Shown one piece after another: positions 9,109 to 17,255 of a stretch of DNA of 64,000 nt. The DNA comes from a virus. Taxonomy: Duplodnaviria > Caudoviricetes. Location: positions 12,059 through 76,058 of IMG/VR virus record IMGVR_UViG_3300032216_002106; one strand, given 5' to 3'. The notes below the pieces were generated by a model. It did no database searches. It was not told the DNA's origin and worked only from the letters and a program-made list of their open reading frames with translations. The translations under genes and the position numbers were made by a program. Position 1 is the first letter of the stretch; the number at the start of each line of letters is the position of its first letter.

Positions 9109-10175
9109 ATGAGTGAATCGTCTTCTCCAGTTACAGGATCCCTGGCACTAGGCAAAGCAGTTATGTCAACTTCTTTGGTGTTACGTAGTTCAGGTAGTAT
9201 CTCTACTCCTTCTCGTATTCCATAAGCACCACCAAGCTTTGCAGCATCCTGCTTAGCATGTTGATTGATATAGTCCTGGAACATTACTTGATATTTCCAA
9301 GTTGATTCTCGATCTGCATCAGGAATACTCATTGCATTTAATGATTCGACTGCTGCTTCTTGTGTGCTGTAATCAGGGATATCAAACCCTTCAATAGCAC
9401 ATATCTCAACGTTATTAGCGCCGCGCATGTCATTAACAAGCTGAGGTGTAAATACTGTTGTTGCATAGAACTTTTCATTGAATGCCAATGGAATCTCTGA
9501 GTCAAGTGCTTTGCTCAAGCACTTAGACATTTCTTTTTCATACATTTTAATCTTTTCAGCTGCATCAGTACCATTAAGTCCTTTCAAGGTAAGGACCATA
9601 GGCAGCTTATGTGCCCGTTGATTTTCTGTAGTAAGAATAAAAATTAAGTACTTGGTACGTACACTGTACTTACGTTTGTACATTTCGCCTTTACTGTTAG
9701 CAAGATCAGCAGCAACCTTGTCATTATCCCAAAGAGACTTGACATCATCATTATCAAACGTGCCAATCGTTTGCCTCATTCCCGTAGTTTCCTCAACCAT
9801 AAGGGGAGAACGTAGAAGGACTTGAACTCTAGGCTGAGTGAAATTGAGTCCTTCTTCGATTGAAGTATTGGGAGCCATACCAAAAGTTTGCTTGTAGTTC
9901 CAGATAACTGAACCTTTAGCAAATTGATCTTCAGTTGCGCTCCATCCGCAAGTATCAAGGTCTGAGTTCCGCACGAACCAACCTCTTGTTTTAGACTTGT
10001 TGAGGGGTTGGATCGTGACAAAGTTTTGATAGCCCGAAACAAATTCTTTAGATTGAAATAGCGCAAAAGATTCAATGCCACGTGTTGTAATAGCAGAGGA
10101 TTTTTTCATAGCCATGGTCGGAGTTAATTTCGTAGTAGGTGAGTTGGTCGTGGTGTCAAACAAAGTGCTAGTCAT
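9105..10175 (-). CDS. DUF5895-like protein next to SSB (possible recombination/annealing factor)
   Basis: HKLPMVLTLKG motif recalls cyanobacterial DUF5895; acidic C-terminus; ATG chosen 20 nt after motif A copy 2. Confidence 0.5.
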   Translation of the reverse strand: MTSTLFDTTTNSPTTKLTPTMAMKKSSAITTRGIESFALFQSKEFVSGYQNFVTIQPLNKSKTRGWFVRNSDLDTCGWSATEDQFAKGSVIWNYKQTFGMAPNTSIEEGLNFTQPRVQVLLRSPLMVEETTGMRQTIGTFDNDDVKSLWDNDKVAADLANSKGEMYKRKYSVRTKYLIFILTTENQRAHKLPMVLTLKGLNGTDAAEKIKMYEKEMSKCLSKALDSEIPLAFNEKFYATTVFTPQLVNDMRGANNVEICAIEGFDIPDYSTQEAAVESLNAMSIPDADRESTWKYQVMFQDYINQHAKQDAAKLGGAYGIREGVEILPELRNTKEVDITALPSARDPVTGEDDSLI

Positions 10176-10195
10176 TTGAGTAGCGAGGTTGGACA

Positions 10196-10224
10196 CAGGC
10201 AGTTTAGCGTCATGCCTGAGGACG
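10196..10224 (-). ncRNA. Motif A pseudoknot leader, copy 2
   Basis: CGUC-CUCAGGCAU-GACG-CUAAAC-UGCCUG. Confidence 0.7.
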
Positions 10225-10243
10225 GGCCAGCTATCTTAACAAT

Positions 10244-11044
10244 TCAAAAAGGCTGGTCAGCATTGTCAGTACCAAAGCGCCCCGGCAGATCAGGTAGGTT
10301 ATTTCCCACGTTTTGTCCCCACGGCTCAGCAATTTCTTCTACAGTGCGCCCACCCCACAAGCTTTGTGGTTCATCCGATGATGAAGTAGTCTGTGGCTTA
10401 AATGCAGAGGAAGACTCTTGAGTCTTAGGTGCTAATGTCATTGATACAAGTTGGATCTTAGTATTAGATTTGCGTTCTTTAGTTTCTTTATCTGCCCAGG
10501 TATCAGTAACTAAACGTCCCTGGATAGTAAGCCCAGTTCCTTTCCTGGTCATGTTTAGCAACAGCTCAGCTTGATTAAACTTATCATCAGCTGAATTAAT
10601 TGCATAGAAGTTAAATAGATCGGCTTGGTTTCTACCAGTATTAACTGATAGTGTTTGATTGGTAATCATCAAGCCATCTGCTGTTGTTTTGAATGCACGT
10701 GCATCTTCTTTATCAATATCTTTTACGCAACGTCCGCTAAGAATTACTGTATTAAAAATAGGAAATGATTCGTTAACAGTAGCAATGATGCCACCATGCA
10801 ATGAAAAACTACGTGCCTCTAGATTATATCTAAGCTTGGCACCATGAATATAAATGTGTGCACCCTTAGGTGTTTTAAGAAATCGTTCAGTACCTTTGCC
10901 ATATACATTTAATTCAATAGGCGTTGCACCTTTATTACCTACCGGAGGTAGCAATACAGGACAACGTACTGCTGTATTAGTAGACGATATATAAACCTCA
11001 GTTGGTTCTTGTGTGGTTTGAGCGCAAACAGTAATGAAGTTCAT
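10244..11044 (-). CDS. ssb: Single-stranded DNA-binding protein with tandem OB folds
   Basis: NTVILSGRCVKD...KGTGLTIQGRLVTDTW.DKETKE; acidic tail ending DNADQPF. Confidence 0.85.
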   Translation of the reverse strand: MNFITVCAQTTQEPTEVYISSTNTAVRCPVLLPPVGNKGATPIELNVYGKGTERFLKTPKGAHIYIHGAKLRYNLEARSFSLHGGIIATVNESFPIFNTVILSGRCVKDIDKEDARAFKTTADGLMITNQTLSVNTGRNQADLFNFYAINSADDKFNQAELLLNMTRKGTGLTIQGRLVTDTWADKETKERKSNTKIQLVSMTLAPKTQESSSAFKPQTTSSSDEPQSLWGGRTVEEIAEPWGQNVGNNLPDLPGRFGTDNADQPF

Positions 11045-11066
11045 GGAATCAAAAGGAAAGTGAAGG

Positions 11067-11091
11067 GCAGTTTTACGTCTTGCTTAGGACG
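11067..11091 (-). ncRNA. Motif A pseudoknot leader, copy 3
   Basis: CGUC-CUAAGCAA-GACG-UAAAAC-UGC, 22 nt upstream of ssb ATG. Confidence 0.65.
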
Positions 11092-11096
11092 AAATT

Positions 11097-12950
11097 CTAG
11101 TGACAATCAAGCCAAGTATAGCCTACCTTAACATCGCCTTCAATAAGACATTGAAAGTTAAAGGTTTGCTGCGCTTGGGGAAACGCAGCCAATGCTTGGG
11201 TCTTAACTAATTCTTCATGTTCAGGCAAGCAAACTAGCTGGACTTCATCATGGATCATTGCTACTTGCATCCAGTCCTTGCCATAAACAAGATTTGCTTC
11301 TTCTAAGTTTTGTTTAATGTTAATAACAACTTGCTTCATAAGGATTGCACCTGCTGATTGCAATAATACATTTAATCCTTTAAATGCAGAGCGACAATAC
11401 AATTGCCTACGATCTAAACCAATTAGATAACTACGTTCAGCAATATTGTTTTCAATTTTTTGCTTAAGTGATTTAAGTGCTGGCACACCGTCCATGAATG
11501 AATTAATAGCAGTACTTCCTATTTGCTTAAGAACTGCTGCATCTTTTTCATTCGGATTAATAATAGTACCGGCTTTAACTCCACCACAACCATACAGCAA
11601 TCCATAAAGTAAACGCTTAGATATATCCCTGGTACTTACTCCAAACTGTTGTTGGTTATAAGTATGGATGTCAACATCTGGATTGACGACCATGTTACCG
11701 TAAGCACCGTTATCCCAGTAGGCAAGGTAACCAGCAAGGCACCTGAGTTCCAAAGCTTTTGCATCAACGCCGACAAGGGTGTAACCATGGGGAGCATGAA
11801 AGAGTGAACGACATTCTTTACCGTAAGGACTATAACTACCTGGGACTTGAGCCATGTTTGGATTACTGTGACTACAGCGTCCTGTTATACATCCATTTGT
11901 ATTAACACCACCGTGCATTTTATTATCTTCTTTATTAACAAGTTTTAGCCATGCGTTATTACCGTCAGCTATTTGTCCTAGCCTCTTCTTAATTAGTTGG
12001 TATTCAGCTAAGAGCTTAGCTTCAGGAAACGGTAAGCTTTCCAACACATCATCATCAAGGATTGCATTTCCTTTTTCTGTAGTTTTTCCTGGATTCCATT
12101 TATATTTAATATGTAACCGATCAATAATTTGTGCACGAGACCCTGGATTAAATCGGTGCTCAATTCTTTTTGTGAATGGAACGTCTTTGATGTATCCACG
12201 ATTTTTATTATTTACTTTTGGGATAAAAATTTCTTCTTGTATGATTGGCGGGAATGCTTCTTGCAGTTCTGCTTCAAGTTTTTCTTTGCGGTCTCTGAGC
12301 ACATCCACCAGATCAAGACATTTGTCCACATCAAATGGAAAGCCAGAGATAATCTGATCGTTAATCGCTTTAGCAAATTCATGTTCAAGAAATAAAGATG
12401 ATTCAGGATAGTTTTGTGATTGAATAAAGCATAGCAACTTGTAAGTAACATTTACATCTTGCCGACAGTATTCTGCCATTTCCTCTGAGTATGCAGAGAA
12501 GTCTTTGAATTCAATCTTGTTATCAGCTAGTCTATAACCCCAAGCTTTTAGTGAGGCAGAACCTTTAAGTTTTGTAGGAACCTCAGGATAAATACTAAGA
12601 TCTAGATCATATAGTATTTCTTTAGGCCATATAAGCCTGGTGCACACCAAGGTATCAATAACCGGAGCTGACCTAAAGGTATAGAATGGATAAAGTTTTC
12701 TTATGACTGGGATGTCATAAAAGATTATGTTATGTCCTATAAGTACGTTAGCTTTAGCCAGATGCTCAAGACCATCAGCAATAGAATCAGGCCCGTAAGT
12801 AAAAGTTTGTTTTCTTTGGATATCATAAATGACGAGGCAGAAGATTTCTACCACGTCATCATACAGCCCATTCGTTTCAAGATCGAATACATACCAGCGT
12901 TCTCCTGGTGCTGTTACCATTTGAAACTTACTTTCTGTAAAGCTGCTCAT
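11097..12950 (-). CDS. polA: DNA polymerase family A (T7 gp5-like, 3'-5' exonuclease plus polymerase)
   Basis: FDLETNG exo I; VDAKALELR motif A; RDISKRLLYGLLYG motif B; IHDEVQ motif C. Confidence 0.97.
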   Translation of the reverse strand: MSSFTESKFQMVTAPGERWYVFDLETNGLYDDVVEIFCLVIYDIQRKQTFTYGPDSIADGLEHLAKANVLIGHNIIFYDIPVIRKLYPFYTFRSAPVIDTLVCTRLIWPKEILYDLDLSIYPEVPTKLKGSASLKAWGYRLADNKIEFKDFSAYSEEMAEYCRQDVNVTYKLLCFIQSQNYPESSLFLEHEFAKAINDQIISGFPFDVDKCLDLVDVLRDRKEKLEAELQEAFPPIIQEEIFIPKVNNKNRGYIKDVPFTKRIEHRFNPGSRAQIIDRLHIKYKWNPGKTTEKGNAILDDDVLESLPFPEAKLLAEYQLIKKRLGQIADGNNAWLKLVNKEDNKMHGGVNTNGCITGRCSHSNPNMAQVPGSYSPYGKECRSLFHAPHGYTLVGVDAKALELRCLAGYLAYWDNGAYGNMVVNPDVDIHTYNQQQFGVSTRDISKRLLYGLLYGCGGVKAGTIINPNEKDAAVLKQIGSTAINSFMDGVPALKSLKQKIENNIAERSYLIGLDRRQLYCRSAFKGLNVLLQSAGAILMKQVVINIKQNLEEANLVYGKDWMQVAMIHDEVQLVCLPEHEELVKTQALAAFPQAQQTFNFQCLIEGDVKVGYTWLDCH

Positions 12951-13161
12951 CTTGAATTTCCAGCCCTTGGTTGAACAACTCTACATCATTGTCTTCAATC
13001 CATTTAAGGATATTAATAATTCCTGTCTTTTGTGGATGAGACAATATTTTACTTAACGCAGTCTCATTTGTTAATGGGACTAGATAGAATCGATTTGATT
13101 CTTGGTCTGCTTGGATGGCATGAGGTATACCATCTAAGGTACAGCTGATGAGGTAAGCCAT
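12928..13161 (-). CDS. Hypothetical protein
   Basis: 77-aa ORF overlapping the pol start. Confidence 0.6.
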   Translation of the reverse strand: MAYLISCTLDGIPHAIQADQESNRFYLVPLTNETALSKILSHPQKTGIINILKWIEDNDVELFNQGLEIQDEQLYRK

Positions 13162-13255
13162 GGTTGTTACTACTAGTAATCAAGGTGTTTTCCTGGTACT
13201 CCCCCAGGGGGTCTGGGGGAGATTCAAGAATACCTAGATACTAACTACTTTATTC

Positions 13256-14038
13256 CTATGTGCAAGCAATTAGTTTCTTTACTTTCTTAACTGTATTATA
13301 ACCAACAAACTTGCCTTGCTTCTTGCGTAGCTGTATCGCCTTGCTTGCAGCAGAGCCTGCCCTCTGGGACCCATGGACCAAGAGTGCGAATGGCTTGTTG
13401 CCGAGGCAATGGCTATCGTCATGGTCTATCTCTAAGCCTTGGGCCACTGCCTCTTCTTCTGTGTACACAACGTATGCCCTGCGAATAAAAATATGTTCAC
13501 GCCCTGGAATCAGCCTGTCAAGCTGACCACCTATTGATGCAGTCAAGAAGAAATTACTTGGTATATTCTCAGCTTGGTTTAACCACATATTAAGTGATTT
13601 AGTAAATGCATAAAAGATTTTATTAGGACGTTGTTTTGCTACCTCTATCCATGCCATAAGATATTGCTCTGTCCAGAAGTCACCTGATTCATGGATCCTT
13701 ACAAGATCTTCATCATATGGATCAATGGAAGCCAAGATAAGTGCAGCCATATTATCTACGGCAAGCTTTGAATCAGTGTAAGCTGCATCACGTAATAGAT
13801 CCCAGTTATACCAACGGGCATCACGTACGTTAGGCCTAGTCTCTGCCATGGCAGCAAAGCATCTGTAATCTGCAACGTCTTTGATTAGTGCAGCAAGACT
13901 ATCATTGATCTTACCTGTGTGCCGGTCAGCAAATGTTCTGCATACACCAGCGCTAGGACATGCATAGCCAGCAGGTAAACTAAGGATCAGTCTTTTGCTG
14001 AGCTTAGCATTGCCACGGGAAAACTTGAGGAGGTTCAT
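13256..14038 (-). CDS. GP88-family protein
   Basis: CPSAGVC...CFA; VRIHESGDFW; FYAFTKS. Confidence 0.8.
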   Translation of the reverse strand: MNLLKFSRGNAKLSKRLILSLPAGYACPSAGVCRTFADRHTGKINDSLAALIKDVADYRCFAAMAETRPNVRDARWYNWDLLRDAAYTDSKLAVDNMAALILASIDPYDEDLVRIHESGDFWTEQYLMAWIEVAKQRPNKIFYAFTKSLNMWLNQAENIPSNFFLTASIGGQLDRLIPGREHIFIRRAYVVYTEEEAVAQGLEIDHDDSHCLGNKPFALLVHGSQRAGSAASKAIQLRKKQGKFVGYNTVKKVKKLIACT

Positions 14039-14062
14039 TGTTCAGTTGAGTGTGAGTTGGAT

Positions 14063-14088
14063 AGCAGTTTAACGTCATGCTTAGGACG
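14063..14088 (-). ncRNA. Motif A pseudoknot leader, copy 4
   Basis: CGUC-CUAAGCAU-GACG-UUAAAC-UGCU. Confidence 0.7.
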
Positions 14089-14094
14089 CAACAA

Positions 14095-14271
14095 TCAAGT
14101 TAAGTGAGCTTCTAGTTCTTTAACAAGAGCAACAACATGTGGTGGAGTGTTATTTGCCAACAAAAGTTGAGATAAAGCTTGAACATGAACATGGTCTGGA
14201 ATGCATTCTTCTGCATAGATGTCTCTCATTTCATTGATAACCCATTGAGCAAGAGGTGAAAGTTGTGACAT
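14095..14271 (-). CDS. Hypothetical protein (MSQLSPLAQW...)
   Basis: Flanked by motif A copies 5 and 4. Confidence 0.6.
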   Translation of the reverse strand: MSQLSPLAQWVINEMRDIYAEECIPDHVHVQALSQLLLANNTPPHVVALVKELEAHLT

Positions 14272-14294
14272 TTGTTTGATGGTGTAAATTGGAT

Positions 14295-14320
14295 AGCAGT
14301 TTAACGTCATGCTTAGGACG
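14295..14320 (-). ncRNA. Motif A pseudoknot leader, copy 5
   Basis: Core identical to copy 4. Confidence 0.7.
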
Positions 14321-14322
14321 CG

Positions 14323-14360
14323 GTAAAACCTACATTGAATTGACAGTAAAACCTACATTG
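14323..14360. repeat. 15-bp direct repeat GTAAAACCTACATTG x2
   Basis: Copies at 14323-14337 and 14346-14360. Confidence 0.8.
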
Positions 14361-14362
14361 GT

Positions 14363-14557
14363 TTATGCCAAGAGTTCCATTAGGAATAGCAGACGCTTGT
14401 TGCAGGCTTCTGATAGCTTAATCTGTTCCTCGGTCATAGGAGTCTGTTGATTGTACAGTGATTCGCCTATGTCACCCATAAGCTTTACATTAATTAACTT
14501 CTTGCGTAGCCTGGCTTTTTCGGCTTGGCTTAGTCGCTGGTACAGAGGCAGCATCAT
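14363..14557 (-). CDS. Hypothetical protein
   Basis: 64-aa ORF. Confidence 0.5.
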   Translation of the reverse strand: MMLPLYQRLSQAEKARLRKKLINVKLMGDIGESLYNQQTPMTEEQIKLSEACNKRLLFLMELLA

Positions 14558-14792
14558 GTGAGTTCAGTTGATCGGTGAGTTGTTTAATACCAGTTATAAA
14601 GTAGGCATAGTCCCTGGTTTCTGTAATGATTGTGAGTTTGTCACATACATTACATATACCAGTCCAGCATGATGAACATCCTACGGAATACACACCATAC
14701 TTATCGCCACAATCACTGCATGTTACATAAGCATCTTTTAGTTTTTGAATGAGTTGTTTGATTTGTTTTTTAGTCATGGCACATGCCTCCAT
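14490..14792 (-). CDS. Cys-rich (zinc-finger-like) protein
   Basis: CSDC...CSSCW..ICNVC. Confidence 0.55.
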   Translation of the reverse strand: MEACAMTKKQIKQLIQKLKDAYVTCSDCGDKYGVYSVGCSSCWTGICNVCDKLTIITETRDYAYFITGIKQLTDQLNSHDAASVPATKPSRKSQATQEVN

Positions 14793-15124
14793 GCTTTGCG
14801 TAGAACAATTCGGTTAATGGTAGCAGAAGATAATCCATATTTTTCTGCAATTGTTTTTTGCATTAGTCCTTTGCGTGCCAAGGTACGGATGTCGCGTACG
14901 TTACGTTCAGTAAGGATTGCATTTTGATTTGCAGATCCTACATTTTTTATGGCACCCTTGGATCCAAGCTTAGGACCAGGCCGGTTGATTGCATAAGTAC
15001 AAATGGTTTTAAACCTGGCATCACAATCTAAACATCTACGGTACTGCCACATCTGATCAATGTGATCTTGATGTTGAGTGCAAGTAACCCGTGTGTTTTT
15101 ACTACGACAGTTACGACACTTCAC
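14774..15124 (-). CDS. NrdR-like zinc ribbon plus HTH protein
   Basis: KCRNCRSKNTRV...YRRCLDCDARFKT; C-terminal QKTIAEKYGLSSATINRIV. Confidence 0.7.
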   Translation of the reverse strand: MKCRNCRSKNTRVTCTQHQDHIDQMWQYRRCLDCDARFKTICTYAINRPGPKLGSKGAIKNVGSANQNAILTERNVRDIRTLARKGLMQKTIAEKYGLSSATINRIVLRKAWRHVP

Positions 15125-15608
15125 TATACTGCCCCTCCTTTGCATAACATGCACAGTCACGTCCATCAAGCTCAGTAAATCCCATGGTGCACTTACGTTC
15201 CCAATGGACACAGCCTGCTGAATAACAACGTGATACTTTATAAATTCTTGTTTCTTGTCTTTGCTTAGCCTTATCTTCTGTCCATAAAATGTTACGGACT
15301 ATCTTGCCGACAGTAGAACGATGGATACCTAGCTCAACAGCTAATGCCCTTTGGTTCTCACCATTACCCACACGTTCTCTTATCTGTTCAGCTAATTCAA
15401 ATGTAAGTGGTGAATACTGTCGAGGCATTCTATATTCTTCTGGCATATAACCAACAGTCTGGTGTATTTCCCCTGGTCGTTGATAGGTAGAAAAGCGTTG
15501 TTTGCAGTAGGCACATAGACGTGATCTCATAATGACACCACTGGGGTGACGGTTAGCACGTAGTGTTGTGCAGTGATCGTGATCACAGCAAGGGCATTTA
15601 ATTGTCAT
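15111..15608 (-). CDS. NrdR-like zinc ribbon plus HTH protein (paralog)
   Basis: KCPCC...RSRLCAYCKQRFSTY; QRALAVELGIHRSTVGKIV; ATGA coupling. Confidence 0.7.
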   Translation of the reverse strand: MTIKCPCCDHDHCTTLRANRHPSGVIMRSRLCAYCKQRFSTYQRPGEIHQTVGYMPEEYRMPRQYSPLTFELAEQIRERVGNGENQRALAVELGIHRSTVGKIVRNILWTEDKAKQRQETRIYKVSRCYSAGCVHWERKCTMGFTELDGRDCACYAKEGQYSEVS

Positions 15609-16024
15609 TGTTCGTCGGGAATAGGTTGATACTGCGGCAGCCATTGGCCGTGCTCGTCGATGAAGTTAGCCTCATACAGGAACTGTTTAGCGGCGATAAC
15701 GTCACCGGCCATAGCACGTTCCATCAGGGTTGGAGCGGTGAGGGCCCACAGCTCCTCATCCGTGGGCGCCACCGGCTTGGGTTGGGCCAGGGCGGCTGGG
15801 GGCGTCGGCGTGGGGGTGCCGTACTTAGCGAGAACGGCGATGGCTTCCACTTTTGCATTGTGGATGTCTGCCCCACAATTGCAGTCTTCTCCTTCGCTGT
15901 CATTAGCGCACTTGTCTTCAGCTTTAGGGCAGCTATACCAGCTATCTTCGCAGTAATAGTGCTCGCGTTTTGCAAGTGTCGCCAGCTCAGCGCACAAAGC
16001 GCGGAAGTCAGTCATTGTGTTCAT
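15605..16024 (-). CDS. Hypothetical protein, visibly GC-richer than neighbours
   Basis: 139-aa ORF; MTDFRALCAEL start, Cys cluster, AQP.PVAPTDEEL. Confidence 0.6.
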   Translation of the reverse strand: MNTMTDFRALCAELATLAKREHYYCEDSWYSCPKAEDKCANDSEGEDCNCGADIHNAKVEAIAVLAKYGTPTPTPPAALAQPKPVAPTDEELWALTAPTLMERAMAGDVIAAKQFLYEANFIDEHGQWLPQYQPIPDEQ

Positions 16025-16101
16025 TTGATTTGAGTAAGGTGGATAAGCTGGACTTACATAAGTAAATACTTAATGCCAGCACAATATAATGTTAGTATTA
16101 T

Positions 16102-16446
16102 CTAACACCCATAGTAGTCAAGTATTAGCTCAGCCAACTTAATGGCTAATACTTTAGATGGGATAGTAAGTGTAGAACTTACTCCCCATTTACTAGTAGG
16201 TTCTTTTACTTTTTCTTGGTAATTCAAATCAATACCATTATTATCAAAATTAATTAGTACTCTTGCAGTGTATGTTGTTGTTGTTTCATCTTCTTCAGGA
16301 AGCTCAAAATCATGGACCACAGTAACTGAACTTGCAATTACCTTAGGCGTTGGCTCCGATAGTTCTTCTGCCCATGATGTAACTGGTTTGTATGTAAGTG
16401 GTTTGCCATTCAAGAAAACTTTATTAGCTGGTTGTTGGAATGCCAT
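16102..16446 (-). CDS. Hypothetical protein
   Basis: 114-aa ORF. Confidence 0.6.
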   Translation of the reverse strand: MAFQQPANKVFLNGKPLTYKPVTSWAEELSEPTPKVIASSVTVVHDFELPEEDETTTTYTARVLINFDNNGIDLNYQEKVKEPTSKWGVSSTLTIPSKVLAIKLAELILDYYGC

Positions 16447-16448
16447 GA

Positions 16449-16751
16449 TTAGTAGATGTCGTTAGTGGGAGTGGTTTCTAGATCTGAGGACAGAAGCATA
16501 ATGCCTGCCTCAGCAATAAGTTTACGAGTTGCATCTTGTCCAAAGGCTCTAAGTAGATCTTGCAACATAATTTTTTTATCCTTTATATATCCAGTTTCAA
16601 ATATTAATGCACAAAGGGTAATCAATTCAGCAACAGGTAGTTGTCCTACCATTTCATCAGCAACTAATGGGATTAGATCATTCCATTTGTCCTCAGGTAT
16701 TGCAGCATACAATGCATCAACTTGTTCTTGATAGTCAGCAGAAATTTCCAT
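16449..16751 (-). CDS. Hypothetical protein
   Basis: 100-aa ORF. Confidence 0.6.
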   Translation of the reverse strand: MEISADYQEQVDALYAAIPEDKWNDLIPLVADEMVGQLPVAELITLCALIFETGYIKDKKIMLQDLLRAFGQDATRKLIAEAGIMLLSSDLETTPTNDIY

Positions 16752-16826
16752 GGTGTTGAATGAAAGGACAAGGGTAATGTAGTGGAACTAAGGCCAGTGG
16801 TTAGCTGACCTTAGCTTTATTTAATG

Positions 16827-17192
16827 TTATGTTACAGGCGTGGCTTGAGTCTCATGAGTCTCACCTATCATGCCATTCTCCTTGAGGCGATCAAGCATTT
16901 GACACATGATCGTTGCATGCTCATGGGTTTTATTCATGAATGCTTGAGCACGAGCAGCTGATATGGTATGAACTGTACCATTGGCTTCTACATAAGCCCA
17001 GCTTCCATCAGGCTGTGGCTGCCCCTGGAGCGCAAGCCGCTCTGAGTTACGTACGTACCGTAGCTCTAGATTGTGACGGTCAGTTAATCCTTCGCTATCA
17101 ATCCAGGTTGCACCTAGGTTATAACGTTTGTCATCATCCATGTAGGCATGGACTTGTGGAATGAGGCCAGTGAAGCAGGATAGAATTGACAT
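16827..17192 (-). CDS. Hypothetical protein
   Basis: 121-aa ORF with structured leader. Confidence 0.65.
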   Translation of the reverse strand: MSILSCFTGLIPQVHAYMDDDKRYNLGATWIDSEGLTDRHNLELRYVRNSERLALQGQPQPDGSWAYVEANGTVHTISAARAQAFMNKTHEHATIMCQMLDRLKENGMIGETHETQATPVT

Positions 17193-17255
17193 GAGTTAAG
17201 TGCGGTGGAATGTCTGGGGCTTACGTCAGGTTGGCGCTGACTGCCCAGTGATTAA

